Positions 18,134 to 27,124 of a DNA stretch of 37,956 nucleotides are shown here, in pieces (within the stretch, counting starts at the first letter, position 1; each line of letters starts with the position of its first letter). The notes beneath the pieces were generated by a model, which was not told the origin of the DNA, did not search any database, and worked only from the letters and a program-made list of their open reading frames with translations. The DNA lies in the UHGV virus genome UHGV-0192057; one strand, 5' to 3'. Made by a program: the position numbers and the translations under genes. Source of the stretch: a virus.

Positions 18134-18943
18134 ATGCTGACACCGGCACAACGATACCTTCAGCGCGTGATGGCGCATCATCGGGCTGATCCATTCAGTC
18201 GCGAAGAGCAGCGAACACGAACGGCACATGAACAGGTTCTTCACCAGTTACGCCTCGCCCAGTTGCAGCTGAAGGGCGTGCAGTCGAACATCGCGAAAGC
18301 GGAGCTGAAGAAGCACCTGATACCGAATTTTGAAGGCTGGATAGACGGCACGCTGGCAGGCGACAGCGGACGCCAGGACGAAGTCATTACCACCATGATG
18401 GTGTGGGCAATTGACTGCCGGGATTATCCGCTGGCACTGCGTATCGGTGAGTACGTCATTCGTCACCGGCTGGCACTGCCGGACAACTTCGGGCGCGATT
18501 CGGCGACCGTGCTCACCGAAGAAATTGCCGAAGTTGTGCTGACAGAAGCCGCCACCAACAGCGAAACCGACTTATCCGGCTATATCCGTATGCTGGACGA
18601 GCTGGATGCACTGGTTCACGACCAGGACATGCCGGATCAGGTTCGTGCAAAACTACATAAGGCGCGGGCATTTTCACGGCGCGCATCAGGCAGTACGGAA
18701 GACATGACTGTGTCACTTGGTCTGCTGCGTGAAGCCATGCGCATCAATCCGGCAGCGGGCGTGAAGCGTGAAATCGCCACGCTGGCCAGAAAGGTATCAA
18801 AGGTTCAGCCGGAACCGGAAAAACCGGCAGAAGAGAAAAGTAAATCGAAAGCAACATCAGGGCGCAAAAAGCCGACTACAAAAGCGACGGCCAGAAAAGC
18901 CACGAAAAAAACCGCCGCAAAACCGGCGCGCAAGGCGACCTGA
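18134..18943 (+). CDS. M: Terminase small (endonuclease) subunit (gpM) with a Lys/Ala/Thr-rich C-terminal tail
   Basis: 269 aa at the P2 M position; last 45 aa low-complexity basic (KPAEEKSKSKATSGRKKPTTKATARKATKKTAAKPARKAT). Confidence 0.85.
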   Translation: MLTPAQRYLQRVMAHHRADPFSREEQRTRTAHEQVLHQLRLAQLQLKGVQSNIAKAELKKHLIPNFEGWIDGTLAGDSGRQDEVITTMMVWAIDCRDYPLALRIGEYVIRHRLALPDNFGRDSATVLTEEIAEVVLTEAATNSETDLSGYIRMLDELDALVHDQDMPDQVRAKLHKARAFSRRASGSTEDMTVSLGLLREAMRINPAAGVKREIATLARKVSKVQPEPEKPAEEKSKSKATSGRKKPTTKATARKATKKTAAKPARKAT

Positions 18944-19051
18944 TAACACCGGACCCGACCTCGTCGGCAGGCGGCGCGACCGGTGATCTGATCGCTGACT
19001 CCCGGTCATTTTCACCGGTCGCCCACCGCCTGATCTACAGGAGAAGACATC

Positions 19052-19546
19052 ATGAGCATGGTAGCCAGACCCCGTGTGAACGACGCCACGGATGACACGA
19101 CAGACACCGACGACGGAGAAGCGCGCATCAGTACAGACGCGTTCTGGCCGGATATCGTGCTGAAAGAGCTGCGCCTTGCCATGCGCATTCCCGGGCGCAC
19201 CACCACCTCACGTCTGCTGCATTCGGCCACCGAAGCTGTGGCACATGTAACGGCAGAGCTTGACGCCTGGAAACAGAAACAGGAGGCGGCGGGACGGTCG
19301 ACACTGGCGGACGTTCCGGCAGCACACATCAACGGTGAGAGCGTGAACGTGCACCGGTATCGACGCGCGGTGTATGCACTGACCCGCGCGGGCGTTCTTG
19401 AGCGTTCGCGGGATGTGGACACCACCGACAAAGGTGATCGCCGGGCCGATGCGCTGGACATGCAGATTGAAGATATGTGGCGCGATGCACGCTGGGCAAT
19501 ATCCGATATTCGCGGCGTCAGACGGATTTATGCGGAGCTGATTTAA
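19052..19546 (+). CDS. L: Head completion/stabilisation protein (gpL)
   Basis: 164 aa in the gpL position. Confidence 0.8.
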   Translation: MSMVARPRVNDATDDTTDTDDGEARISTDAFWPDIVLKELRLAMRIPGRTTTSRLLHSATEAVAHVTAELDAWKQKQEAAGRSTLADVPAAHINGESVNVHRYRRAVYALTRAGVLERSRDVDTTDKGDRRADALDMQIEDMWRDARWAISDIRGVRRIYAELI

Positions 19547-19746
19547 TGAAGGTAACCGCGCATGACGGCGACACCGTTGACTTACTCTGCCAGCGTCATT
19601 ACGGCATGACAAAGGGCGTGACAGAGCGCGTTCTGGCTGCCAATCCGGGGCTGAGTAACACGGTATTCCTCACTGCCGGGCAGGAAGTTGAATTACCGGA
19701 AATCACACAGGAAAAACAGCGCGAAACCGTTCAGTTGTGGGATTGA
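19546..19746 (+). CDS. X: Tail protein X (gpX, LysM-like)
   Basis: 66 aa with ATGA overlap to L (MKVTAHDGDTVDLLCQRHYG...). Confidence 0.8.
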   Translation: MKVTAHDGDTVDLLCQRHYGMTKGVTERVLAANPGLSNTVFLTAGQEVELPEITQEKQRETVQLWD

Positions 19747-19748
19747 TT

Positions 19749-20039
19749 ATGTTTCAGAGAATTTACGACCACATTACGTTTTTCACATCCGTCATGGTCA
19801 CCGGTATAGGGGTTATGACGCTGAGCGAGAAGATGGCGCTGGCAGGACTGATTCTGGGGGCGCTTTCACTGCTGCGCGGATGGATGCACAGAACACGTAT
19901 GGAGCAGGCACAGGAGCGGCGCAATGAGCTTATTGCACGCATTGCCGACCAGATGCAGCACCGACCACTAAAAGGCAGCGAGAAGCGCGCTCTGGAAGCC
20001 CTGAATGCAGACGGGGAATCACATGCCAGGACAGATTAA
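19749..20039 (+). CDS. Y: Holin (gpY-like)
   Basis: ATG at 19749; about 96 aa with hydrophobic helices (FFTSVMVTGIGVMTL, ALAGLILGALSLL) and a charged C-terminus; immediately upstream of the endolysin. Confidence 0.6.
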   Translation: MFQRIYDHITFFTSVMVTGIGVMTLSEKMALAGLILGALSLLRGWMHRTRMEQAQERRNELIARIADQMQHRPLKGSEKRALEALNADGESHARTD

Positions 20040-20562
20040 ACGCTATGCCGTTGCCGCCATCGTGGCGCTGGGTTTTTCGCTGGCCCCCGGGGAGCTGAGA
20101 ACCTCACAGGAGGCACAGGAAAAAATTGCCACCTGGGAAGAGTGTCGGGCATTCCCGTACAGGGATATCGCTGGCGTGAAAACAGTGGGTTGTGGCTCAA
20201 CGGGAAACGTCCCCGACCGCCACCATACCAAACAGGAAGTTGCCGGTCGATGGGTGAACGATTTACGACGGGCGGAGAACTGCATCAATCAGAATTTCAA
20301 TGGCCGCGACATGCCACAGCGCCACTTTGAGGCAATGACGGATGCTGCCTTTAATCTGGGGTGCAAAGGCCTGATGTGGTTTAAGGGGCGTGACGGGAGG
20401 ATGCACAGAACAACCATCTGGAAGTTCGCTCAGGGAAAGAACTGGAGCGCAATGTGCGGCAGGCTGACGGATTTTGTGAACAGCGGCGGACGCTATTCAC
20501 AGGGGCTGTTTAACCGGCGCAATGACTTCAGGAACTGGTGTATGAACGGAGTGAAGCAATGA
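20023..20562 (+). CDS. K: Endolysin (gpK-like lysozyme) with N-terminal signal-anchor (SAR-like) segment
   Basis: ATG at 20023; N-terminus MPGQIKRYAVAAIVALGFSLAPG is hydrophobic; sits between holin and spanins. Confidence 0.78.
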   Translation: MPGQIKRYAVAAIVALGFSLAPGELRTSQEAQEKIATWEECRAFPYRDIAGVKTVGCGSTGNVPDRHHTKQEVAGRWVNDLRRAENCINQNFNGRDMPQRHFEAMTDAAFNLGCKGLMWFKGRDGRMHRTTIWKFAQGKNWSAMCGRLTDFVNSGGRYSQGLFNRRNDFRNWCMNGVKQ

Positions 20563-20993
20563 AAACACCTGCCGTGTTGCTCTGGTTTCTTGCCACCCTG
20601 TTGCTTTGTGGCCTGACAGGCTGGGAAGCATACCGCAAAGGGAAGGAAAGTCTCGGACGGGAACAGATGATGGACATCATAGAGGACAACCGCGCCGCCA
20701 TGCAGGAAGTTCGCCATGCATACACAGACTTTTCCAGGGTGATAAACGTGATCCGCATTCTGGACCAGCAACGGATCACAGAAGGAGAGCAACGACGTGA
20801 AGAAATGCAAAAAGCCGTGCAGGGCGACACGTGTGCCAGCGCTTATCCTCCCGCTGCTGTTACTGAGCGGTTGCAGCAACACGCCGCACACGTTGAAAAC
20901 CAGACTCGTTTACGAGCCGGTGCCGACAGTTCTGACAAGGCAGACCCCGGTTCCGGCACTGGAAATACCCGTGACATGGTACAGGGTGACTGA
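20559..20993 (+). CDS. lysB: i-spanin (LysB/Rz-like)
   Basis: ATG at 20559 overlapping the K stop; one N-terminal TM (AVLLWFLATLLLCGL) then a charged coiled-coil region. Confidence 0.6.
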   Translation: MKTPAVLLWFLATLLLCGLTGWEAYRKGKESLGREQMMDIIEDNRAAMQEVRHAYTDFSRVINVIRILDQQRITEGEQRREEMQKAVQGDTCASAYPPAAVTERLQQHAAHVENQTRLRAGADSSDKADPGSGTGNTRDMVQGD

Positions 20994-21108
20994 ATGGAGC
21001 GATCGGCTACTGGAAGCACTCGACACATGCAACGCAGACAAGGCTGCGATCGCCTGGCTGGATAAACAAAGAGCAGAACGGGCGCAAGATGCGCCCCATC
21101 AGGAGTAA
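20797..21108 (+). CDS. lysC: o-spanin (LysC/Rz1-like lipoprotein) overlapping lysB in the +1 frame
   Basis: Lipobox LLLSGCS after a signal-like segment; Pro-rich; overlapped architecture with the i-spanin. Exact start uncertain. Confidence 0.55.
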   Translation: MKKCKKPCRATRVPALILPLLLLSGCSNTPHTLKTRLVYEPVPTVLTRQTPVPALEIPVTWYRVTEWSDRLLEALDTCNADKAAIAWLDKQRAERAQDAPHQE

Positions 21109-21111
21109 ACG

Positions 21112-23082
21112 ATGAGCAAAAAACACTTTGAACTGATTACTGCCACCAACCGCGCAGAATTCGCTGAAAAAGTTAACAAGCGGTTACAGGAAGGCTGGGA
21201 ACTTCTCGGTAATGCCGGTATTGCATCAGAGCCGGGAGTCCCCTGGTATCTCATGCAGGCTATGGTTTCAGGCAGTGATGACCAGGGAGGCACCATTATC
21301 ACCCCGACATCCGACAGCGAACCGGAGTGGTATTACGTTGTGGTGAGCGCTGGTCAGTCCAACTCTATGGCATACGGTGAGGGGTTACCTCTCCCGGACA
21401 GTTACGATAAACCCGATTCGCGCATTCGCCAGCTGGCACGCCGCAGCACCGTAACCCCGAGCGGAAAAGCCTGTGCCTATAACGACATCATTCTGGCGGA
21501 TCACTGCCTGCATGACGTGCAGGATATGAGCCAGTACAACCACCCGAAAGCCGACCTGAACAAAGGTCAGTATGGCTGTGTGAGTCAGGGATTGCACATT
21601 GCGAAGCGCCTGCTGCCATTTATCCCGGCAAATGCGGGGATCCTTCTGGTCCCATGCAGCCGTGGCGGTTCCGGCTTTACAACCGGTGATGCGGGGCAAT
21701 TCAGCGAGATCGGCGGCGCAACTGAAAAATCCTGCCGCTGGGGAACGAACACGCCGCTGTACAAGGATTTAATCAGCCGCACAAAAGCAGCGCTGGCGAA
21801 AAATCCGAAAAACGTCCTGCTGGCCGTCTGCTGGACACAGGGCGAGGCAGATCTTGAGAAAGAACAAAACGCCGCACAGCATAAAGATCTTTTCACAGCC
21901 ATGGTGAAGCAGTTCCGGGCTGACCTGGCCGATGTTGCGAAGCAGTGCAACCAGGGCAACCCTGAAAGCGTGCCGTGGATTTGTGGAGATACCACCTACC
22001 ACTGGAAAAAAACCTACGAAGCACAGTACGCAACCGTGTATGGCGGATACAAAAACAGCACTGAGAAGAATATTGTTTTTGTGCCTTTTGTTACGGATGA
22101 GTACGGGAAAAACACCCCAACAAACGAGCCGACAGAAGATCCGGATATTGCGGAAGCGGGTTATTACGGTGCCGCATCCCGCAGTAGCGGAAACTGGGTA
22201 AGCCATCTGCGTGGAACGCACTTCAGCTCATGGGCCCGCCGGGGCATTATTGCCGATCGCATGGCGTCAGCAATCCTGCTTAACGTCGGCCGCACGCTGC
22301 CATTTATTGCGGGTACAGAGCCGGAACGCGTGGCAAAACCATCACAGGATGCACCGGGCGGCATCAGTAAGCCATCTTCACCGGAAACAGAACAACCGGC
22401 AGTCAGACCGGGGCCGGTCACGCTCATGAGTCTGCTGGCATCATCTCCTGAACTGGAAAGCCAGGGCTGGACGCTGAGCGAAGGCAAAAACGGGGCCAAC
22501 ACACCAAAACAACTGAAAGACATGCTGATCGGTGATGAGGAAGCAACAGGGAAAAAAGCCCTGAAACTGACCAAACAGGAAGGCAATACCTGGTATCTGG
22601 ATCATAAGGCCGGTAATGGTGCTGACCTTCTGAAAAATGGCGGGACTGTAAGTTGCCGATTCAAAATCGAGGGTGAGCTGAAAAAAGACCAGTACGCAAT
22701 GGCGATGTACTGGAAAACATCAGCATTACCGCAGGATGTGAAATTACTGGGGGCAGATCCAAATAATTTATTGCTCTCATTCTTTCTTCAGACAGACAGC
22801 GCAAACCTGAATCTGATGTATCACAAAACGCCAAACGAACAACTGGGAACCTTTGGTCAGTTCAATAACAACTGGCACACCATAGCGTTTCGTTTTGCGG
22901 GAAACAACAGCACCCAGGTAACACCGGTTCTGGATGGCGTGGACGGAAAACCGTTCATGCTTTCCACATCAAAAGCCGATGTTACCAACGACACGTTACG
23001 CGTGACCGATATCACGTATCGGCCGACCTATACCGTACTGATTGACAGCCTGAGCGTTGTCGTAAATCAGCCACCGGCATAA
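21112..23082 (+). CDS. NanS-p-like sialate O-acetylesterase (DUF1737-like N-terminus + SASA/SGNH esterase core + C-terminal domain)
   Basis: 656 aa; motifs VVVSAGQSNSMAYGEG (GQSN catalytic-Ser block), PCSRGGSGF, WTQGEADL; N-terminus MSKKHFELITATNRAEFAEKVNKRLQEGWELLG resembles the DUF1737 domain of prophage NanS-p esterases. Family assignment is from memory. Confidence 0.6.
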   Translation: MSKKHFELITATNRAEFAEKVNKRLQEGWELLGNAGIASEPGVPWYLMQAMVSGSDDQGGTIITPTSDSEPEWYYVVVSAGQSNSMAYGEGLPLPDSYDKPDSRIRQLARRSTVTPSGKACAYNDIILADHCLHDVQDMSQYNHPKADLNKGQYGCVSQGLHIAKRLLPFIPANAGILLVPCSRGGSGFTTGDAGQFSEIGGATEKSCRWGTNTPLYKDLISRTKAALAKNPKNVLLAVCWTQGEADLEKEQNAAQHKDLFTAMVKQFRADLADVAKQCNQGNPESVPWICGDTTYHWKKTYEAQYATVYGGYKNSTEKNIVFVPFVTDEYGKNTPTNEPTEDPDIAEAGYYGAASRSSGNWVSHLRGTHFSSWARRGIIADRMASAILLNVGRTLPFIAGTEPERVAKPSQDAPGGISKPSSPETEQPAVRPGPVTLMSLLASSPELESQGWTLSEGKNGANTPKQLKDMLIGDEEATGKKALKLTKQEGNTWYLDHKAGNGADLLKNGGTVSCRFKIEGELKKDQYAMAMYWKTSALPQDVKLLGADPNNLLLSFFLQTDSANLNLMYHKTPNEQLGTFGQFNNNWHTIAFRFAGNNSTQVTPVLDGVDGKPFMLSTSKADVTNDTLRVTDITYRPTYTVLIDSLSVVVNQPPA

Positions 23083-23146
23083 CAATGCTTCCCAGCCATC
23101 CGGCGGGGAAGCTCGCTGACAACCGGGAAAATAAAAGGAGCAAGCC

Positions 23147-23311
23147 ATGGGATTTATTCATCAGATAATGTTGTATTTCAGTACCGCCGTATCCCTTCTG
23201 TATCTGATCTCAGGGGGATATAAAGCCGTCCGCAATTTCTGGAACAAAAAGATAGATGAAGCAGCCGCCAGGAAATCAGCTGGCGGAGCGGTCAACGGGG
23301 TATTGCCATAA
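23147..23311 (+). CDS. Small membrane protein (54 aa)
   Basis: Hand-translated MGFIHQIMLYFSTAVSLLYLISGGYKAVRNFWNKKIDEAAARKSAGGAVNGVLP; strong AAGGAG 7 nt upstream; below the ORF-track cutoff. Confidence 0.45.
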   Translation: MGFIHQIMLYFSTAVSLLYLISGGYKAVRNFWNKKIDEAAARKSAGGAVNGVLP

Positions 23312-23483
23312 CAACAGGCACAGCGCATCAGAACGGCACCACTGTCCACAGCAAAAGAAACAAAAAACCCTCCGGTATACGGAGGGTGCAAGAGGGGAAA
23401 GGTGAGCAAGAAAGAACCCGAATTAAAAGCCATTTAATTTTGAGATTTTTAATTGCCACACGCAACACGTTCTACGGTGTTTT

Positions 23484-23954
23484 ATGCTGAAACTGAATTC
23501 ATTACGCGAAGCTCTGACCAGCAACTGCCGGTGGTGTAAGGCCAGCCCGGAAAAATTCACGGTATTCATTGAATCGGGTGGCATTGAAACCACCGGTGAA
23601 TCCCCCTCATTCCTGTACCGCTACAACCTGGTGTTGTTCGTCATGGACTTCACAGAAAGTATCGACAACATCATGCTGCCGGTCATGGCGTGGCTGTACA
23701 GGAATCAGCCGGATCTTCTTCTCAATCCGGAGAAGAACAAAAGCATCAAATTTTCGACGGCCATCAACGATGACGACAGTGCCGATATCCTGCTGGAAAT
23801 CCCGGTATGGGAGCGCGTGATTGTGCGCCGTAATGACGACGGCACGGTGACGGCAGAGCACATCGGTGAGCCCCCGATAAGCCGGGCACTGGAAGCATGG
23901 CGCGTAGTGTTTGAAGACATGACGTGGCGAACCGGAACGGAGACCAGCACATGA
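23484..23954 (+). CDS. R: Tail completion protein R (gpR)
   Basis: 156 aa at the gpR position; ATGA overlap with S. Confidence 0.8.
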   Translation: MLKLNSLREALTSNCRWCKASPEKFTVFIESGGIETTGESPSFLYRYNLVLFVMDFTESIDNIMLPVMAWLYRNQPDLLLNPEKNKSIKFSTAINDDDSADILLEIPVWERVIVRRNDDGTVTAEHIGEPPISRALEAWRVVFEDMTWRTGTETST

Positions 23955-24586
23955 GAGCGGACCGCGAACTGGATGCCATCTTTCAGGATATTCTTTCCGG
24001 CCTGTCGGCAGCCGGAATTCAGCGCACGGCAATGAGCGTGGGTAAGGTCGTCCGACAGCTACAGACAAAACGCATCAGAAGCCAGGTATCCCCGGAAGGC
24101 CAGCCATGGGAGAAACGAAAACGCCGCATCATGCGCATACAAAAAGGCGTGAAGTTTATCTGGAAGGACGGCCAGGTAAGAAACCTGAAAAACTGGAGCA
24201 CGTCACAGGGATGTTTCGGGCAGAAAATCACCGGCTACGATACGGACGCCGGGGGGATCAGGACGTTTTACAAGGCAGACATCGGGGACTACCTGGAAAT
24301 TAACACACAGCGCGTCGCAGCAAGAGCATCACGTCGCTCACCTATGTTCGAAAAGCTGAGAACAGCACGCTTTCTGAGAATCATCCCCGACACAAACGGC
24401 GTAAGTGTCGGCTTTCAGGGCCGGGCCGCGCGTATTGCCAGAGTGCACCAGTTCGGTGAGGTGGGCCTGGTATCACCCGGGAACGCCACGAAATACCCCG
24501 TGCGCGAGCTGCTGGGCCTGAACGAAAAAGACAAACAGCAAATCACAGAAACCGTGATTGCCGGACTGGGGAAAGCAGCGAAATGA
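23951..24586 (+). CDS. S: Tail completion / virion morphogenesis protein S (gpS)
   Basis: ATG at 23951; stop overlaps the V start. Confidence 0.75.
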   Translation: MRADRELDAIFQDILSGLSAAGIQRTAMSVGKVVRQLQTKRIRSQVSPEGQPWEKRKRRIMRIQKGVKFIWKDGQVRNLKNWSTSQGCFGQKITGYDTDAGGIRTFYKADIGDYLEINTQRVAARASRRSPMFEKLRTARFLRIIPDTNGVSVGFQGRAARIARVHQFGEVGLVSPGNATKYPVRELLGLNEKDKQQITETVIAGLGKAAK

Positions 24587-25164
24587 ACATCGAGCTTATG
24601 CGTCTGCTGGAAAACATTGTGCGGATTGGTGTGGTTACGGAAATCAACACCGACACCTGGGAGGTGCGTGTGCAGACCGGCGGCCTGACCACAAACTGGA
24701 TCCGATGGAACAGCGGGCGGGCCGGAAAATTTAAAATCTGGATCCCCCCATCACCGGGCGAACAGGTGTTTCTCCTATGCCCGGGCGGCAATCCGGAAAC
24801 CGCAGTCAGCGCAGGAAGTCTGTACAGCAACGACAACCCGCCACCGGGATCGCTGGAAAACGAAATGGTCATTACCGCGCCGGACGGTGCGGAATTTCGC
24901 TATAACGCACAGGAAAGCAGCCTGACGGCCAGAGGTATAAAAACCGCAACCATTACGGCTGAAACCAGTATCACGCTGGACGCGCCAAAGGTGGAATGTA
25001 CGCAGTTGCTGAAGACAAAGACATTCGAGCTGACCAGCGGCGGAACAATGAAAGGCAACGTGAAACACAGTGGCGGCAGCCTCGAATCAAACGGCATCAC
25101 CGTACACACCCACGTACACAGCGGAGTGAAGAGCGGTAGCGATACGAGCGGAGGCCCACAATGA
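24583..25164 (+). CDS. V: Baseplate spike/assembly protein V (gpV)
   Basis: 193 aa; C-terminal HTHVHSGVKSGSDTSG motif typical of gpV spike apex. Confidence 0.85.
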   Translation: MNIELMRLLENIVRIGVVTEINTDTWEVRVQTGGLTTNWIRWNSGRAGKFKIWIPPSPGEQVFLLCPGGNPETAVSAGSLYSNDNPPPGSLENEMVITAPDGAEFRYNAQESSLTARGIKTATITAETSITLDAPKVECTQLLKTKTFELTSGGTMKGNVKHSGGSLESNGITVHTHVHSGVKSGSDTSGGPQ

Positions 25165-25529
25165 GTACCGGCTACACAGGCATGTATCACGCAGGCTACG
25201 GAACGCTGACAGACATCGACCATCTGAACCAGTCAATCACGGATATTATCCTGACACCGGAAGGTTCGCGTGTTATGCGGCGCGAGTATGGCAGCAACCT
25301 GCCCGCTCTTCTTGACAGTCCGGCAAATGAAATAACCAGACTGCGCTGTATGAGTGCCGCCGTGATCGCCATTACACGATGGGAGCCACGCGTTGCCATA
25401 AACAGCGTGGACCTGACGTGGAGAAACAATGGCAGCGCAGTGTTATCCATGAGCTATCTGATTGTAAGCACCATGCAGAGCGCCAGTATTTCCGTTGATA
25501 TACAGGGAGGGAAGGATGCCGACAATTGA
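25161..25529 (+). CDS. W: Baseplate protein W (gpW)
   Basis: 122 aa, position and size; ATGA overlap with V. Confidence 0.78.
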   Translation: MSTGYTGMYHAGYGTLTDIDHLNQSITDIILTPEGSRVMRREYGSNLPALLDSPANEITRLRCMSAAVIAITRWEPRVAINSVDLTWRNNGSAVLSMSYLIVSTMQSASISVDIQGGKDADN

Positions 25530-26412
25530 TTTATCCCAGCTGCCGCAACCGGCGATCATTGAATCGCTGGATTATGAAGTGATTCTGGCACAGACAAAGA
25601 CATTCATGATTAGCGTCTTTCCGGAAGCCATGCGCGATGAAGTGGCGGCAGCCCTTGAACTGGAGTCAGAACCACTGAACATCATCGCTCAGGCTATGGC
25701 ATGGCGGGAGCTGTTACTGCGGCAGCGAATCAATGATGGCGCAGCGGCCTGTATGCTGAGTCATTCATCAGGAAGCGATCTTGACAATCTGGGTGCAAAC
25801 ATGAATGTGCAGCGCCTGGTTATCACCGAAGCAACGGAGACCACACCGGCGGTAATGGAAAGTGACGCCGCGTTCCGGATGCGCATACAGAGCGCCTTTG
25901 AAGGGATGAGTGTTGCCGGGCCTTCCGGCTCATATGAGTATTTTGCACGCAGCGCAAGCGGAAAAGTGGCAGATGCCAGAGCAACCAGCCCGGCACCGGC
26001 GGAAGTTGTGGTTGCGCTCCTTTCAGCCGACGGAGACGGAACGGCGAACGAAGCACTGATTAACGAAGTGAAAGCCGTACTGAACGACGAAACAGTTCGC
26101 CCCGTGGCGGACAGACTGACGGTGAAAAGCGCGGAAATCATCAGCTACAAGATTGATGCGACACTCTATTTTTACCCGGGGCCGGAATCAGAACCCATAC
26201 TTCAGGCCGCACGGGCACAACTGGAGGCGTGGCTGGCAGAGCAGCGAAGAATTGGTCGTGACGTGGCCCGTTCAGCCATCATGGCGGCCCTGCATGTGCC
26301 CGGAGTTCAGCGGGTGGAGTTAACACAACCAGCGAAGGATCTGGTGATCAGCGAAACACAGGCGGCGCGATGCTCCGCCACAGAGATTCGCGCCGGGGGG
26401 ACCGATGAGTAA
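25516..26412 (+). CDS. J: Baseplate assembly protein J (gpJ)
   Basis: ATG at 25516 (MPTIDLSQLPQPAIIESLDYE...); about 298 aa. Confidence 0.88.
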   Translation: MPTIDLSQLPQPAIIESLDYEVILAQTKTFMISVFPEAMRDEVAAALELESEPLNIIAQAMAWRELLLRQRINDGAAACMLSHSSGSDLDNLGANMNVQRLVITEATETTPAVMESDAAFRMRIQSAFEGMSVAGPSGSYEYFARSASGKVADARATSPAPAEVVVALLSADGDGTANEALINEVKAVLNDETVRPVADRLTVKSAEIISYKIDATLYFYPGPESEPILQAARAQLEAWLAEQRRIGRDVARSAIMAALHVPGVQRVELTQPAKDLVISETQAARCSATEIRAGGTDE

Positions 26413-27124
26413 AACGGTGCTTCCGCCGTCTGCCAGTGTTTTTCTGAAAACCGTTGATCGCTCCGGGGAAAAAATCAGCCAGCTGCCGGTGAAACTTAAC
26501 ACCCTGTGGAATGCGGACGAATGCCCTGAAGTACTGCTGCCATGGCTCGCATGGACGCTTTCAGTGGACAGATGGGATAAGGCATGGACGGAAGAGACTC
26601 GCCGGGACGTTATACGCGAGTCGTGGATGGTTCACCGTCATAAGGGGACCATCAGCGCCATGAGAAGAGCTATTGCCCCGTTCGGCGCGCTGCTGAGCAT
26701 TACAGAGTGGTGGGAAAACGGCGACCCTCCAGGCAGTTTTCGTCTCAACATCGATGTTACACATGCAGCCCTGACAGAGGCGACCTATCAGGAAATGGAG
26801 CGCATGATTGCGCTGGCGAAGCCGGTAAGCCGTCACCTGAAAGCACTGAGGCTGACATACATTGCAAAAGGGGAAGTCTTTACCGGGGCAGTGAGTCATA
26901 GCGGAGACATCATACAGGTATATCCGGACGCAACACTGCCGAACCCCTGCATTACCGGAGGAGAAATTTATTGTGCTGGCGCGATTTACGACAGTGACAT
27001 AACCCGGGTTAAACCGGATACGGAGATACCGTCACCGTGCGCCGCACAAGCCGCTATCTGTATAGCCGGAACAACATACGACGGCACAACGACCATCGTA
27101 AAACCGGCACCGGAGGAACCATGA
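26405..27124 (+). CDS. I: Tail/baseplate protein I (gpI)
   Basis: 239 aa between J and the tail fibre. Confidence 0.82.
   Translation: MSKTVLPPSASVFLKTVDRSGEKISQLPVKLNTLWNADECPEVLLPWLAWTLSVDRWDKAWTEETRRDVIRESWMVHRHKGTISAMRRAIAPFGALLSITEWWENGDPPGSFRLNIDVTHAALTEATYQEMERMIALAKPVSRHLKALRLTYIAKGEVFTGAVSHSGDIIQVYPDATLPNPCITGGEIYCAGAIYDSDITRVKPDTEIPSPCAAQAAICIAGTTYDGTTTIVKPAPEEP

Noticed and set aside
23161-23433. 90-aa minus-strand ORF in the gap between the esterase and R
   Set aside because: No RBS; overlaps the better-supported plus-strand 54-aa ORF and the hairpin; composition looks non-coding.
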